A stretch of DNA of 64,000 bases. Origin: Eledone cirrhosa. Its lineage: Eukaryota. The notes beneath the pieces are model-generated. The model was given only the letters and a program-made list of their open reading frames with translations, had not been told where the DNA came from and did not search any database. Position numbers and translations under genes: made by a program. Within the stretch, counting starts at the first letter, position 1. The number at the start of each line of letters is the position of its first letter. This document shows positions 41,616 to 56,400 of the stretch, in pieces. Location of the stretch: assembly GCA_964016885.1 (NCBI GenBank), contig OZ024750.1:31744001-31808000 (forward strand), written 5' to 3'.

Positions 41616-41620
41616 ATCTC

Positions 41621-41651
<31 letters not shown>

Positions 41652-41962
41652 ATTATATATATATATATCTTATATATATATATATCTCATATATATATAT
41701 ATATATTATATATATATATATTATATATATATATTATATATATATATATCTTATATATATATATCTCATATATATATATATTATATATATATATATTATA
41801 TATATATATTATATATATATATATCTTATATATATATATCTCATATATATATATATATATATATAAGATATATATATAATATATATATATATAATATATA
41901 TATATAATATATATATATAAGATATATATATATATATTATAAGTATATATATATATATATTA

Positions 41963-42035
<73 letters not shown>

Positions 42036-42092
42036 TTCTATACCTTTCAGTTATATATATTATATATATATATATTAATATATATATATATA
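40074..42092. repeat. about 2-kb almost pure A/T degenerate (TA)n tract
   Basis: Direct reading. Confidence 0.95.
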
Positions 42093-42093
42093 C

Positions 42094-42255
42094 AATATAT
42101 TAACAAATGGAAACTATATTTATAAAACCATATTTATTTCATTATACATATTTCAAGGACACCAAGACAAATTATGGTGCGCTTTCATCAGATAAAATAT
42201 AATATAGATCAGTTTTATAAATAAATATTGACATACCCTTAAAGAATGCGACCAC
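42094..42255 (-). mobile_element. PLE module, family D, with hammerhead at about 42135-42199
   Basis: Minus strand TATTTTAT-CTGATGA-AAGCGCACCA(loop)TGGTGTCCTT-GAAA-TATGTA-TA-ATGAAATA. Confidence 0.75.
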
Positions 42256-44002
42256 ACACGTGCATATCCTCACACCCACTCCGCCTCCGTATTACGCAGG
42301 CTCTCCTCCACCCCATCAGACCCCTTTTCATCTACACACACACACACTTACACTCCACCGCAACGTACACAATTGTTTTCCAAAACCCAAAAGCACGCAG
42401 CGCCGCTCTCCCCCAGACGCTCGCATTTACACCCACGCATACACACACACACTTACACCTACACACACACCTCACCTTCCGACCTCCCCCGCTCGGACCC
42501 TTTTTTCCTTCCTCTTCTCTCTCCCCTTCATCCTATATTTCCCCCTCCCACCCTCCTCCATCCACCCCTCACACCACCACACCTACACGCCTCTCTCTCT
42601 ATATATATACTTATGTTTTTATCGTGGCTAAACGAAATGCAAATACCATGTTATCACTATACGAAATAATTGTTTCTACTTTTGGCACAAGGCCAGCAAT
42701 AATCCAGTACATTACTGGTACTTTATTTTATCGAACCCGTAAGGATGAAAGGCAATGTAAACAATATATTTGAAAACTATTCGTGCAGAATTGCTATATT
42801 TATCGTAAAATAATTTCGACATTAACTTTGGGTTTTATTTGGTGGGAAGTTGTGGGTATCCTATTATTGCTAATCGTTATGATGATATTTCTTTTGAGTG
42901 TAGATAACGATAGATTTTCAGCTGTTTCGCTAGACTACGTGTGGCTCTCCGATGTGAAATCTTGCTCAATATATCTATCTAGATTGTAAGGAAAGAAAGA
43001 AGGAAGCCTTAGATTTTTGCTCCTTAGAGAAACATTTAGTACTGAAATATCGTGCAGGTGGGTATAGATTGATATGTAATGTCGCAATTGAAATTCCCCG
43101 GAAATTTGATGAGTTGATACTTGAAGTTACATCGCAAAGATATTCCTACGAGTGAAATTGGGTACGAGTGAAAATGTATACACACGAGGAATGGCGATAG
43201 ATAAAATACAAAAATTCAAGATTGTGCCCTCACATATTATCTGTGGATAATGGGTAAAACTGTATGCGTAATATTCAATAACGTATAAATAAAATGAAGT
43301 TATATTAGGAGGGCCGAGAGGTAAGTTCGTAGGCCGACCAAGATACTCTCATGGAACGACCAAATGAGGTTTACTTTTCAACACAATCCCTAGAAAGCAA
43401 TGCTACATTTAGTATTGAATGATTTCTAGTATAGGCACAAGACCAATATTTTGGGGTTAGGGGAATGTTGATTAAATCGACCCCAGTGCATTACTGGTGC
43501 TTTATTTTATGACTTAGATATAATAACATTAAGATATATTTCTTTATTAGCCACAAGGGCGCAAAAGAAAAGGGGACAAAACAAAGACACATGCCGGGGA
43601 TTTTACATACAATCGTGTAAAAATATGAAACAAACAAATATAACAATCGAAATCGGGGGGAGGCACCACAAATGGGTTGTTTAATAACATGTAGATAGAA
43701 CAACACTCAACTTCAGGGGCGTGTTGTGCACGTGCTTCTTTATTCCTTTTGCACTCTTCGTCAACCTACAGGTTTATATACAGAGAAGGCCCAATCACTC
43801 GGGCCCTTTTTGCCACATTCACCCACCTTTCAGTAAATATACTGGGGCGCAGTACCTCTCTCTCCACTCTGATTCTCCTTCTAAAGTGGTACCTAAAGAA
43901 GGGAATGAGTTGAGATAGCAGTTTTATCAGATTATATTTTGAGTCTTTATGACCATATGAAATGAAGAATAAGATACCAGGATTTCTATTACGTATATAA
44001 CA

Positions 44003-44173
44003 TTTGGCAGTATCAGTAGAGCGTCAGACACCGTGTTTTGCAGATTAGAGTTATGGCCCTTTATGTTCTGAGTTCAAATCCCGCCGAGGTTACTTTGTAC
44101 GGGTTGATGACATAAAGCACAAGTAATGCACCAAGGTAATTGCTGGTCTTGTGCGAAAAGAAGAAACAATTAT
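44003..44173 (+). mobile_element. tRNA-derived SINE copy (core partly deleted)
   Basis: A/B boxes and tail. Confidence 0.75.
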
Positions 44174-44213
44174 TAAAAATACAAATCGGCGTCTCAAATA
44201 AAAATTCGGACGG

Positions 44214-44250
<37 letters not shown>

Positions 44251-44801
44251 AAATCCTTATATTTTAAGTTTAGTTACTACTAAGTTGTTTTATTATCCCG
44301 TTCCTTAATTTATTATGGTAGGCTATTGTCAGAGGACCTTTAGTTCAAAGACTGGAACACTGAGTATCTGAGAGATATTATATATATATATTACATATAT
44401 ATTATATATATATTATATATATATATTATATATATATATATATTATATATATATATTTTATTCCTTCTACCACTTTATCATTTTTGTTGAGCTGACTCCA
44501 ACAATAACACCACCACCAACACAAGAATAGAGGTCAGATGTACCTAACAATAACAAGAACAACAACTACAGATTGGCTTGCCTCAGAACGAATTTCTATA
44601 GACTTTTGACTGAGGAATGTTCTAACAACTGACCAATGAGAGGAGAAGAGGCCCTTTGACGCTGAAATTCGTTTGTTTGAATGCATATGATTCCAGTTCC
44701 TCAGTGAAATAATAACCCAACCAGGAACTGGGCATATCAGAGTATTGACAAAGTTATACACCTCAACAACATGTGTACACGTCTCTACCACACTAATTCG
44801 G

Positions 44802-44856
44802 ACTGCCTGAAGAGGTTACAGCCAAATATGGCTGTCACCGAAATATATATAGCAGT
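44802..44856 (+). ncRNA. type I hammerhead ribozyme (family G) in a PLE-like module at about 44495-45000
   Basis: Stem I ACTGC/GCAGT, CTGAAGA, stem II GGTTACAGCCA(AATA)TGGCTGTCACC, GAAA, palindromic TATATA, AUA triplet. Confidence 0.8.
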
Positions 44857-44999
44857 AATAAATGAAGCCAAATTTTAAACATTTGACTTATTTATTTTAT
44901 TTTATTTTACATTACTCCGGAGTAACCAAACCAACCTGCGCACTTCGTCGAGTACTCCAATCTGCATACTGAGGTGTTGGTATACAACCAACATATACT

Positions 45000-45158
<159 letters not shown>

Positions 45159-45331
45159 ATATATATTATATTATATATATATATATATTATATTATATAT
45201 ATATATATATATTATATTATATATATATATTATATATATTATATTATATATATATATTATATTATATATATGTATATATATATATATTATATTATATATA
45301 TATATTATATTATATATTATATATATATATA

Positions 45332-45523
45332 AGGGCGGTGAATTGGCAGTATCGGTAGAGGGTTGGACGCCATGCTTTGGCGCATAGAGTTACGGCCCTT
45401 GCCATTCTGAGTTCAAATCCCGCCGAGGTTAACTTTGCCTTTCATCCTTATGGGGTCGATAAAATAAAGTACCAGTAATGTACTGGATAATTGCTGGCCT
45501 TGTGCCAAAAGTAGAAACAATTA
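45332..45523 (+). mobile_element. full-length tRNA-derived SINE copy
   Basis: GGGCGGTGAATTGGCAGTATCGGTAG..GAGTTCAAATCC..tail. Confidence 0.9.
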
Positions 45524-46930
45524 TATATTATATATATGTATATATATATATATTATATTATATATATATTATATAATATATATATATATAAATATATATA
45601 TATTGTGTGTGTGCATGTGTCTGTCTGTGTGAGTGTGTGTATACACATATATGTATCGTAATAGATAGTACTGATCAAGTGTATTTGTTGATAGTAATTA
45701 TATATATGTCTTTTCTAGGGATATCTCATAAGCCATATGCCCCGTGTTTTATTACATAATTGAACAATAATGAAATATTAATTATATCGTATTATATTAT
45801 ATTCAATAATTTTTGAGATGGAGGAACCAGATTTAATTAATTCTGTGTTCATATACGATATTTATAAAAGGGAAATATATTGATCTAGCGCCATTCTTTT
45901 AGCTTATTATACTAGAGGATTTCTGAAATCTACGTTGATACTGTACGATTTTTGAAGTAATGTTGACAATAAAATTCTTCTATTAAGTTAATTGCTTTCA
46001 AAATCTTAATAACCATATTGGAATACTAGTTTAGATTAAAGTATATATATTGCTTATGTTTGCCTGAATGATTTCACATCCTTTTAAATATATTCCTTCG
46101 TGATTTAATGATATTTTGTAATAGGTGTCCTTTAAGAATCAATTGCGGTAATTATTTCAAATTATGTTCTAGATTAAGCAGGAAAATACGAATGTGGTAG
46201 ATTCAGATTTAGATTCACATTGATTAGTATTTGGTACTAAATCATATGCATGGAAGCAGAGCCAAGTAGATAACATTTGAGGAAAATATTTATCGAATTA
46301 TGTGGAATAAAATCTAGGATTAAAGAGATGGGTATAGAAGAAATAAACCATTATTTTGGATATCAGGAGGATCATTTCTAAGATTGTGCATTGCATCACA
46401 TGTGTTACTGTTATAATTAATTTAGTAGTTTACAGCGTAATATATTCTGTTCAAGAAATATTAAGTTTATTGCGTACATATCCAAATACATACATACATA
46501 CATACATACATACATACATTCATGCCTACATAAATGTACGCATACATACACACACAGACATACATTCTACATACATACATAAATGCATACATAAATACAT
46601 ACACGTACATACACATGTATGTGTACGTGTGAGTGTGTCATTGCGTCTGAGTATATGTACAAATATAGGCCTGGAGAGGTATAGGCTCCGCCAGGCTTAA
46701 ACTGCCCAGGAAACGTCGTATATCAATACTTCGCCCCTACTACTCTATCAGGAGTTACGAGACAATACATACTTGTGTTCAAATATGGACCATATTTCCT
46801 AATCCACAGTGACATTGAACCGACCTTTATAGTCTCAGTAACAAACCTTGAATCCCGTACCATACGGTCTGGAGTTCTCGACTGCTACAGAGATATATGT
46901 GACGTTCACGGAGAAAAAGAGAGAACAAAA

Positions 46931-46938
46931 TATCTATC

Positions 46939-47004
<66 letters not shown>

Positions 47005-47019
47005 CTATCTATCTATCTA
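46931..47019. repeat. (TCTA)n microsatellite, 5' flank of the LINE array
   Basis: Direct reading. Confidence 0.95.
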
Positions 47020-49728
47020 GGCTGCGTTGTCCGAAGTAAAATACGTGCTCTAGGGAACGAGGGGACCAAATCTGTTAGCTGGGCCCGCGTGACAGAGGCC
47101 AACAGTGGAACTAAATCCACCATCCGGTCTTTGCGAGACCTGGATGGACGGGCGATTCTTGAGCCTAAGCAGATGTGTGAGGCCTTTCAAAGGCACTTTG
47201 CCCGACTGTTCGGGAGGGGCGGGGAGCCGGTTGGGAACGTGGACTTCGGTCCATACCTCGACGGCCTGCCGCGCCTCTCGGACAGGGAGGCGAAGTCCTG
47301 CGAGGAGCCGATTTCAGCCGCTGAGATAGAGGACGTGCTGAGCCAATGCGGCAAACGCAAATCCCCGGGTCTCGATGGTCTTCCTTACGAATTATATCTA
47401 GCTATGCCGGACTTGTTCCCCGATCTCCTCGAGGCGGTCTACTGCAACTGGCAACAGAACGGGAGAATTCCCTGTACTGTGACCAAGGGCGTAGTCACGC
47501 TAGTGAGGAAGGACGAGAACAAGGGGGACGAAATAAGTAACTTCAGGCCCATAACTCTGCTAAATACAGAGTTACAGATTTTGGCCAAGGTGCTAGCAAA
47601 GAGGTTGGCGCTTGTCGTGGGCAACCTGGTGGGAGATGCAGACATGCGCTATCCCGTCCAGGTCCATCCATGACAACCTCCACCTCATGCGATACATCAT
47701 AGAGAGGGTTGGGAACGAACCCGGCTTTGGTGGGGCTCTGATCAACTTGGATCAATCTAAGGCGTTCGATAGGGTCGACCATGGTTACCTGGATGCGGTG
47801 CTAGCGGCGGCAGGATTCGGACCCGTTTTCAGGGGCTGGATCACTGCTATGCACAGAAGCCGCATCTGCTCTAGGGTCAAGGTGAACGGCTACCTCTCGG
47901 AGCCGTTCAAAATCGCGCGGTCCATCCGACAAGGGTGCCCTCTCTCCTCCCTTCTGTATGTGTTGACTCTCGAGCCACTACTGCGGAAGTTGGAGTTGTT
48001 GCAGGGCATCCCTTTGGAACCGGGATTGCGGAAAGCGGTGTCGGCCTACGCCGATGACGTGACAGTAATGGTGTCGACGGCCTCCGAAATCGAGGCGGTC
48101 GGCACCTTACTGGAGGAGTACGAAAAGTTCACAGGGGCTAAGCTGAACCGGGACAAGTCGATCGGTTTGCAACTCGGCACGTGGAGGGGCAGACCGATGC
48201 CCTCCGATGGCGTCGTCGGCTGCTGGACGGAGGGCCCGGTGAAGTTGCTCGGGGTCTGGTGGAGAAAAACTGGGCGGAAGTTACGAACAGGGTGTTTGCA
48301 CTGACCCAGAAGTGGGCCAGTTGCAAACTATCCCTGAAAGGTCGGGCGGAGGTGGCGAACACCTACATAGCGTCCGTCATCTACTACCGCCTGACCGTAG
48401 TGCCCTGCCCAAGGGAAACCCTCACCATGATGGAGCGCGCGCTCTTCCAATTCCTTTGGAAGAGGCGGGCTCCTATGGTGAGGAGATCCATCTGCTGTCA
48501 ACACCCTTCGAAAGGAGGGCTGGGGATGCCGTGGCTAATGATGCGTAAACACGCATTAAGGCTACGGCACCTCTACGTATTCCTCACCGGACAACCGGTG
48601 TGGGCCTCGTTTGTGAGACGAACCTTTCCCAGACTCGTCTCACTCACCGAGCTGCAATCCTGGGTCAAGCAAAGACCGAGAAAACTGGGCGCCTGGCACA
48701 CTGAGTGTGCCCAGGCGCTCACCGCCCTCTGGCAGGCGGATCCGGTTATCAGTGGAGACTCCACCGCAACATTCTATAGAGGGCTGGTACGCAGCAGGTG
48801 CGACGACGCCCTCGGAGAAGCCCTAGACATGGAGGAGGACGAACTGGCCAGCCTGTTCGGTAGGACATTCAGCCCGGGACCTATGGACAACTTCCAGAAG
48901 TCCCTGGCCTGGCAGTGCTACCGAGGAGCTTTACCCGTTCGAGAAAGGCTCTACAGACACGGGCGCCCGGGTAGGGACCCAGCTAAAAAGATCTGTCCCA
49001 GATGCGTGTGCGACGAGGAAACCGTTGCACACGCATTGGTACACTGCTCTGGCGTAGCCGATCTGTGGGGCTATGTCGAACAACTGCTGTCAAGGGTGGG
49101 ACCGATCCGGTTGACCACCGAGTCTATTGTAATTATCAAGCCGCCTCCCCCCTTCAAAGATGAAGCAGAGGCGGTGTTTCTGTGCGTAATAGCCATGGCG
49201 AAAGAGGTTGTATGGTGGACGCATCTGAAAGGACTGAGGTCAGGCACCTTTCTCTCTGGCCAACAACTGGTCCGTTTCTTCCGATATCATTTCGGAAGAA
49301 GGATCAGGATGGAGAGAGAGGTGCTGCACCCCAGTCGTTTTTATGAAAGGTGGGTGAAAGTGGCGAGAATGGCCCGTGTGAATGGGCCTTCTCTTTACAT
49401 GAGCCTGTAGGTGGAAAAGAGGAAGGAACGAGGGAGCACCCCCTCTCTGTGCTCCTGAGGAAAAGGGTTGCACACTTTTTTCGGGGGTGTGTGCGACCCC
49501 CCAAGGCGCCTCCTCTCTATTGAGGATTTTGTTATAAATTTTATTTTTTGTTATATTTTATAACAAAATCCTCTATTGAGGATTTTGTTATAATTCTATT
49601 TTTTGTTATATTTTATTTTATTTTTATATATTGTTATTGCCTCCTCCCCATTGAGGACGCCTTGTTTTGTAAACTCCCCCCATTGTACTTGTCCCACTTT
49701 TGATGCCCTTGTGGCAAATAAAAGAAAC
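47020..49728 (+). mobile_element. 5'-truncated Tx1-clade non-LTR retrotransposon, copy 1 (frameshifts at about 47640 and 48260)
   Basis: KSPGLDG, FRPITLLN, LDQSKAFDRV, QGCPLS, YADD, C-terminal CPRC..H..C; 3' UTR ends AATAAAAGAAAC then (TCTA)n. Confidence 0.92.
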
Positions 49729-49729
49729 A

Positions 49730-49763
<34 letters not shown>

Positions 49764-51212
49764 GTTGTTCGGGGTCTGGTTCGGACCGGACCTCCAGGTG
49801 GAGAAAAACTGGGCGGAGGTTACGAACAGGGTGTTTGCCCTGACCCAGAAGTGGGCCAGTTGCAAACTATCCCTGAAAGGTCGGGCGGAGGTGGCGAACA
49901 CCTACATAGCGTCCGTCATCTACTACCGCCTGACCGTAGTGCCCTGCCCAAGGGAAACCCTCACCAAGATGGAGCGCGCGCTCTTCCAATTCCTTTGGAA
50001 GAGGCGGGCTCCTATGGCGAGGAGATCCATCTGCTGTCAACACCCTTCGAAAGGAGGGCTGGGGATGCCGTGGCTAATGATGCGTAAACACGCATTAAGG
50101 CTACGGCACCTCTACGTATTCCTCACCGGACAACCGGTGTGGGCCTCGTTTGTGAGACGAACCTTTCCCAGACTCGTCTCACTCACCGAGCTGCAATCCT
50201 GGGTCAAGCAAAGACCGAGAAAACTGGGCGCCTGGCACACTGTGTGTGCCCAGGCGCTCACCGCCCTCTGGCAGGCGGATCCGGTTATCAGTGGAGACTC
50301 CACCGCAACATTCTATAGAGGGCTGGTACGCAGCAGGTGCGACGACGCCCTCGGAGAAGCCCTAGACATGGAGGAGGACGAACTGGCCAGCCTGTTCGGT
50401 AGGACATTCAGCCCGGGACCTATGGACAACTTCCAGAAGTCCCTGGCCTGGCAGTGCTACCGAGGGGCTTTACCCGTTCGAGAAAGGCTCTACAGACACG
50501 GGCGCCCGCGTAGGGACCCCGCCAAAAAGATCTGTCCCAGATCCGTGTGCGACGAGGAAACCGTTGCACACGCATTGGTACACTGCTCGGGCGTAGCCGA
50601 TCTGTGGGGCTATGTCGAACAACTGCTGTCAAGGGTGGGACCGATCCGGTTGACCACCGAGTCTATTGTAATGATCAAGCCGCCTCCCCCCTTCAAAGAT
50701 GAAGCAGAGGCGGTGTTTCTGTGCGTAATAGCCATGGCGAAAGAGGTTGTATGGTGGACGCGTCTGAAAGGACTGAGGTCAGGCACCTTTCTCTCTGGCC
50801 AACAACTGGTCCGTTTCTTCCGATATCATTTCGGAAGAAGGATCAGGATGGAGAGAGAGGTGCTGCACCCCAGCCGTTTCTATGAAAGATGGGTGAAAGT
50901 GGCGAGAATGGCCCGTGTGAATGGGCCTTCACTCTACATCAGACTATAGGTGAGGAAGATGAAAGACCAAGGGAGCACCCCTTCTCTGTGCTCCTGAGGA
51001 GAAGGGTTGCACACTTTTTTCGGGGGTGTGTGCGACCCCCCAAGGCGCCTCCTCTCTATTGAGGATTTTGTTATAAATTTTATTTTTTGTTATATCTTAT
51101 TTTATTTTTATATTTTGTTATTGCCTCCTCCTTATTGAGGACGCCTTTTTGTGTAAACTCCCCCCTTTGTACTTGTCCCACTTTTGATGCCCTAGTGGCA
51201 AATAAAAGAAAC
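49764..51212 (+). mobile_element. 5'-truncated Tx1-clade retrotransposon, copy 2 (near-identical to copy 1)
   Basis: ORF 49765-50949 matches the copy 1 C-terminal half; flanked by (TCTA)n at 49731-49763 and 51215-51303. Confidence 0.92.
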
Positions 51213-51213
51213 A

Positions 51214-51296
<83 letters not shown>

Positions 51297-51529
51297 TAAT
51301 CTAGCTGTCGTCTGTTCTACAGTGTGGATGTAATTCACTTCGCGCAGAAGTTTTGTTCAAATTTATTGCGGAAATTTTGTGAGTTCAAATTTAATTTTGA
51401 TACAATTGTGTAGCTTGACCCCCCGTCTGAACTGTCAGGCGGTGGGTCAACTCATCTTTACCCCTCCTAGAGGTGAAAAACCTGTTTTAAAAAATTTTGT
51501 GGCAAAAAAATTTCAATCGTCTAACAGAA

Positions 51530-53415
51530 ATGTTAAACGCAGCGAACGAAAATAGTGGTGGGGGGACAGCGGTAAGAGTTGTAAGCTCGCACGCTTTAGT
51601 CCCCCCTTCCTTCCCAACTAACGTCATAGAGAAGGAAGGAAAAATTAAAATAAAAACAGACGAATCTGCGGAGAAAAAAAATGACAAAAACACAAATCTG
51701 GACATGGATTCCAACAACGAAAAAAAAAAAAAATTTGAAAAATTGCATGACAATACTAATAACACAAACAAAGACACAACAAACACAAAAATAACATTTG
51801 AAAATAACACCATAACAGAAAGCAAAGCAGACGATAAGATTTCATTTGCACAGACAACAAAGAAATCTTTGACTTATATACCGGAAAATATTTCAGATGT
51901 GGCACGAAGAATCACAGACGCCAAACAATACATAAGTGAAGGAGAGAATGGTATTTTATCGGTAAAAATGCCTCAAGAATTCACCAAAGACATTGAAAGC
52001 CGAACGGTCAAGTTCCGCACCATCAACAACAGTACAAAAAAACCTGAACAGCCTTCTCAAGCAGATATCAAAACAGTACTCACAGAAGTACTTAATGAAA
52101 CCACTTTCATAAGAAAAGACAGACTGTATGGAAGCCTAGCAATTATCATGAAGAACGAATCGGCGGCAAAAAAATGTGCTTTGTCACCGATTCGTTCGAA
52201 AAATTTTACCTTTTATCCATCTTATATGGTAAAAGAACTCAACGCATATGGCTGGATGCAATGATGCCAGATGTGGACTACTGCTGGCTCATAGCTGGCT
52301 TCATCGATCCAGTGAATGACAACGTGATTTCGATTGGGAAAACCACAGGCAATGCGTTCAGTGGAACAGGTATAGAGCTGGTAGTGCAAATGAAGCCTGA
52401 ACGCATCACCCAAATACCCGACAGAATCCTATTAGAGGGCCACGGGTATATAAACATTAGCGTGGAGGGGAGAAGGCCGTCCTGCCATATCTGTGCAGGC
52501 AGAGGGCACCTGAAGGCCGCTTGTCCCCAACTCAACAAAAAGAAAACCCTGCTACTAACACCAGCTCCACCACCACCACCACAACAGATAAACAAACAAC
52601 AAAACTCAGTCCCACCCAACCCGTCCCTCAGTAAAACCACACCACCACCACAACACATTACCCCAAAACAAAATACAGGACCACCCAACCTCTCACTCAA
52701 TAAAACAACACAACCACCGCAGACACAACACACAACACAGTCTAACATAGTGACATCCATCTCCCCCACAAAGAAAACCAACACGGAAACATTACCAGCA
52801 AACATACCTCTTCCCTCCAACACTGAAGATAACCCAACGAATTCGGAGGAAGAAACGGAGTCCTTCAGACAGATTAAAAGGAAAAAAAGAAAACATGTGC
52901 AAAACGCACAAGGACAAACAACCCCCACTCAAATCTCAACACAATCCAACAAAACAGAAAACACCCCTCCAGCAACAAACAAAACCAAACCTGCCCCTCC
53001 CCTCTTCGAAACACTCACACCATCCGAAAAAAAGACATTACACTATACTTACATCAACAGAAACAATAATAAATTAAATGAACTCATAATCAATAATCCT
53101 TCGGTACAAACCGAAGGTGTAAACTTTGTTTCTTCAGAAAACTACCCACATTTAAAATTAATAAAGATCCCAATGAACCTCTACCAAAAACTAAAAAAGG
53201 ATTTTAAGGAGGACGTAGGACCACCCTCTGTCAAACCCATAAACCGCGTCCTACTAAAAAGCTTTCCCCCTCCCCTTCCCCTCCCCAACACAACTCCAAA
53301 CACCCCAACCCCACCACACACTGACGACCCCACACCACCACAATACACCCCTTCACCCAACACCCCCGACCCCATGGAAGTCGTGCAACCCGAATCCCAG
53401 GAAGCGGAAAGGTAG
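51530..53415 (+). pseudogene. ORF1 gag-like protein with CCHC zinc knuckle (one frameshift at about 52222)
   Basis: ORFs 51497-52264 and 52174-53415 overlap; CHICAGRGHLKAAC knuckle, Pro/Thr-rich C-terminus, KRKKRK basic patch. Confidence 0.8.
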
Positions 53416-53448
53416 GTCTCTACACCCTCCTTTGGCTCTGCCGCCCAC

Positions 53449-56400
53449 ATGGATGTGTTAAGAGTAGGATGTTTGAATGCACGTGGCCTGGGCTCAACTT
53501 GGAAGCAAGCAAAGCTTCTAAATGACCTCAGGTCATGTAGTATAAATGTAATGGTTATCTGTGAGACTTGAATCAGCGTCGTGCGGCAGCTGGCCCCCAC
53601 CTTCGATGACTTTGAGGTGCATGCATCTCTCTGTCAACCTGGAGGTGGGGGTGGGGTTGTCGTACTGCTGCAAAAACACCTGGGTCTTGCCGTACAGGTT
53701 GTGCACTCGGACCCGGAGGGTCGTTTGTTGGTGCTAGACGTTGGCAGTAGTGAAAGTGCGGCCTTGAGACTGGTCGCCGTCTACTCCCCTTTCGGAGCTG
53801 AACGGCCCGACTTCTTCCAGCGTTTGGAGACTTTTCTGGGAACGTCGCGTTCCCTGCTTCTAGCGGGGGATTGGAATGACATCCTGGATGCACGTTGGGA
53901 CTATGCAGGAGTATGTCCTAATAGAGGGGGGTGTAACAGCCTCAAGGGGGTTACTCGACCGTTTTAACTTGGTCGATAGATATCGACTAGATTTTCCAAC
54001 TGTGCCTACCTGGACTTGGAGAAACCACAGTGGTCAATCTAGATCGTACTTAGATAGATTCTTAGTTAGAAGTAAGGATAGGGACATATTAAGCTGTCCA
54101 GAAATGCGCACGGTTGGCTACACGGATCACAAATTAGTGACCTGCGTGGTCAATCTCGAGAAAACACATAGACAGGGTCCCGGTTACTGGAAACTTAATT
54201 TGTCTTTACCGGCAAAAGAGACTTACAGAAACCGGATTAGCAGATTAGTTAAGGAGAGGTTGATGGGTGCAATCGTCAACAACCGATGGTGGGCATCTCT
54301 CAAAAGAGAGATTAGAACAGAATCAATAAGTTATAGCAAGATGTTAGCTGCCGATAGGAATAGAAACGAGAAAGAATTAACAGGTAAATTAGAAGAGGCA
54401 ATCAAGAGCGAAGATGTGGCCAGAGTGCTGGCATCGAGGACGGCCTTGAACCAGTTTTTCGAAGCAAAGCACGAAGGCTGCGTCATTCGAAGTAAAATAC
54501 GTGCTCTAGGTAATGAGGGGGCCAAAGCCGTTGGATGGGCCCGCGTGACAGAAGCTAAGAGTGGAAATCGATCCACCATCCGGTCGTTGCAAGACGAAGA
54601 TGGACGGGTGATCCGGGAGCCTAAGCAGATGTGCGAGGCCTTTCAAAGGCACTTTGCCCGATTGTTCGGGGGAGGCGAGGGTCCGGGCAGGGGCGTGGAT
54701 TTCGGTCCATACCTCGACGGCCTGCCGCGTCTCTCGAGCGAAGAGGCAGAGTCCTGCGAGGGACCAATCTCGGCTGATGAGATCGGAGATGCGCTGAGCC
54801 AATGCAGCAGACGCAAATCTCCAGGTCTCGATGGTATACCTTACGAACTTTATTTAGCAATGCCGGTCTTCTTCTCCGAACTCCTCGAAGCGGTCTACTG
54901 CAATTGGCAGCAGAACGGGAGAATTCCTTGTTCTGTAGCCAAGGGCGTAGTCACGCTGGTGAGGAAGGACGAGAACAAGGGGGATAGTATAAATAATTTT
55001 CGGCCCATAACCCTGCTAAACACAGAGTTAAAGATTTTGGCCAAGGTGTTAGCAAAGAGGTTGGCGCTTGTCGTGGGTGGCCTGGTGGGAGATGCGCAGA
55101 CATGTGCTATCCCATCCAGGTCCATTCACGATAACCTCCACCTCATGCGATACATCATAGAGAGGGTTGGCAACAAACCCGGCTTCGGTGGGGCCCTGAT
55201 CAACTTGGATCAGTCTAAGGCGTTCGATAGGGTCGACCATGGTTACCTGGATGCGGTGCTAGCGGCGGCTGGGTTCGGTCCTGTTTTCAGAGGCTGGATA
55301 ACTGCCTTACATAGCAACCACATCTGTTCTAGGATCAAGGTGAACGGCTACATTTCGAAGCCGTTCGAAATCACACGATCCATTCGACAGGGGTGCCCTC
55401 TCTCCTCCCTTCTGTACGTATTGACTCTCGAGCCTTTACTGAGGAAGTTGGAGTTGTTGCAGGGTATCCCCCTGGAACCAGGATTGAGCAAAGCGGTGTC
55501 GGCCTACGCCGATGACGTAACAGTAATGGTATCTACCGACTCGGAGATCGAGGCGATCGGTACCTTACTGGAGGAGTACGAAAGGTTGTCAGGAGCGAAA
55601 CTGAACCGGGAAAAATCCATCGGGCTGCAACTCGGAACGTGGAGAGGCAGACCGATGCCTCCTGACGGTGTAGTCGGACACTGGACGGAGGGCCCGGTAA
55701 AGTTGCTTGGGGTCTGGTTTGGACCGGACCTCCAGGTGGAAAAGAACTGGAACGAGGTTACGAACAATGTGTTTGCACTAACCCGGAAATGGGCCAAGTG
55801 TAAGCTGTCCCTAAAAGGCCGGGCGGAGGTGGCGAACATCTACATAGCGTCCGTCACTTACTACCGCCTGACTGTCGTGCCTTGCCCTAAGGAAACACTC
55901 ACCACCATGGAACGCATGCTCTTCCAATTTCTTTGGAAGAAGCGCCCTCCTATGGTGAGAAGATCCATCTGCTGCCAACAACCTTCGAAAGGAGGGCTGG
56001 GGATGCCGTGGTTGATGATGCGTAGGCACGCATTAAGGCTACGGCACCTACAGGTATTCCTCACTAGTCAACCGATGTGGGCTCCGTTCGTGAAACGAGC
56101 CTTTCCGAGACTCTTCTCGCTCACCGAGCTACAGTCCTGGGTCAAGCAAAGATCCGGAAAACTGGGAGACTGGCACACTGAGTGTGCTCAGACGCTCAGG
56201 GCTCTCTGGCAAGCGGGCCAGGCCATCGGTGGAGAATCCACCTCATCATTATATAGAGGGCTGGTGGCTAGCAGGGGCGATGACACCCTTGGAGAGTCGC
56301 TGGACATGGAAGAAGACGAACTGGCCAGCCTGTTCGGTAGGACTTTCGGCCCAGGACCAATGGAAAACTTCCAGAAGTCACTGGCCTGGCAGTGCTACCG

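Noticed and set aside
52174-52264. Programmed frameshift in Tx1 ORF1
   Set aside because: No clear slippery heptamer plus structure; the same copy has a nonsense codon and a frameshift in ORF2, so decay or sequencing error is more likely
52278-53600. Antisense ORFs over the LINE
   Set aside because: Shadow frames of the AC-rich ORF1 strand
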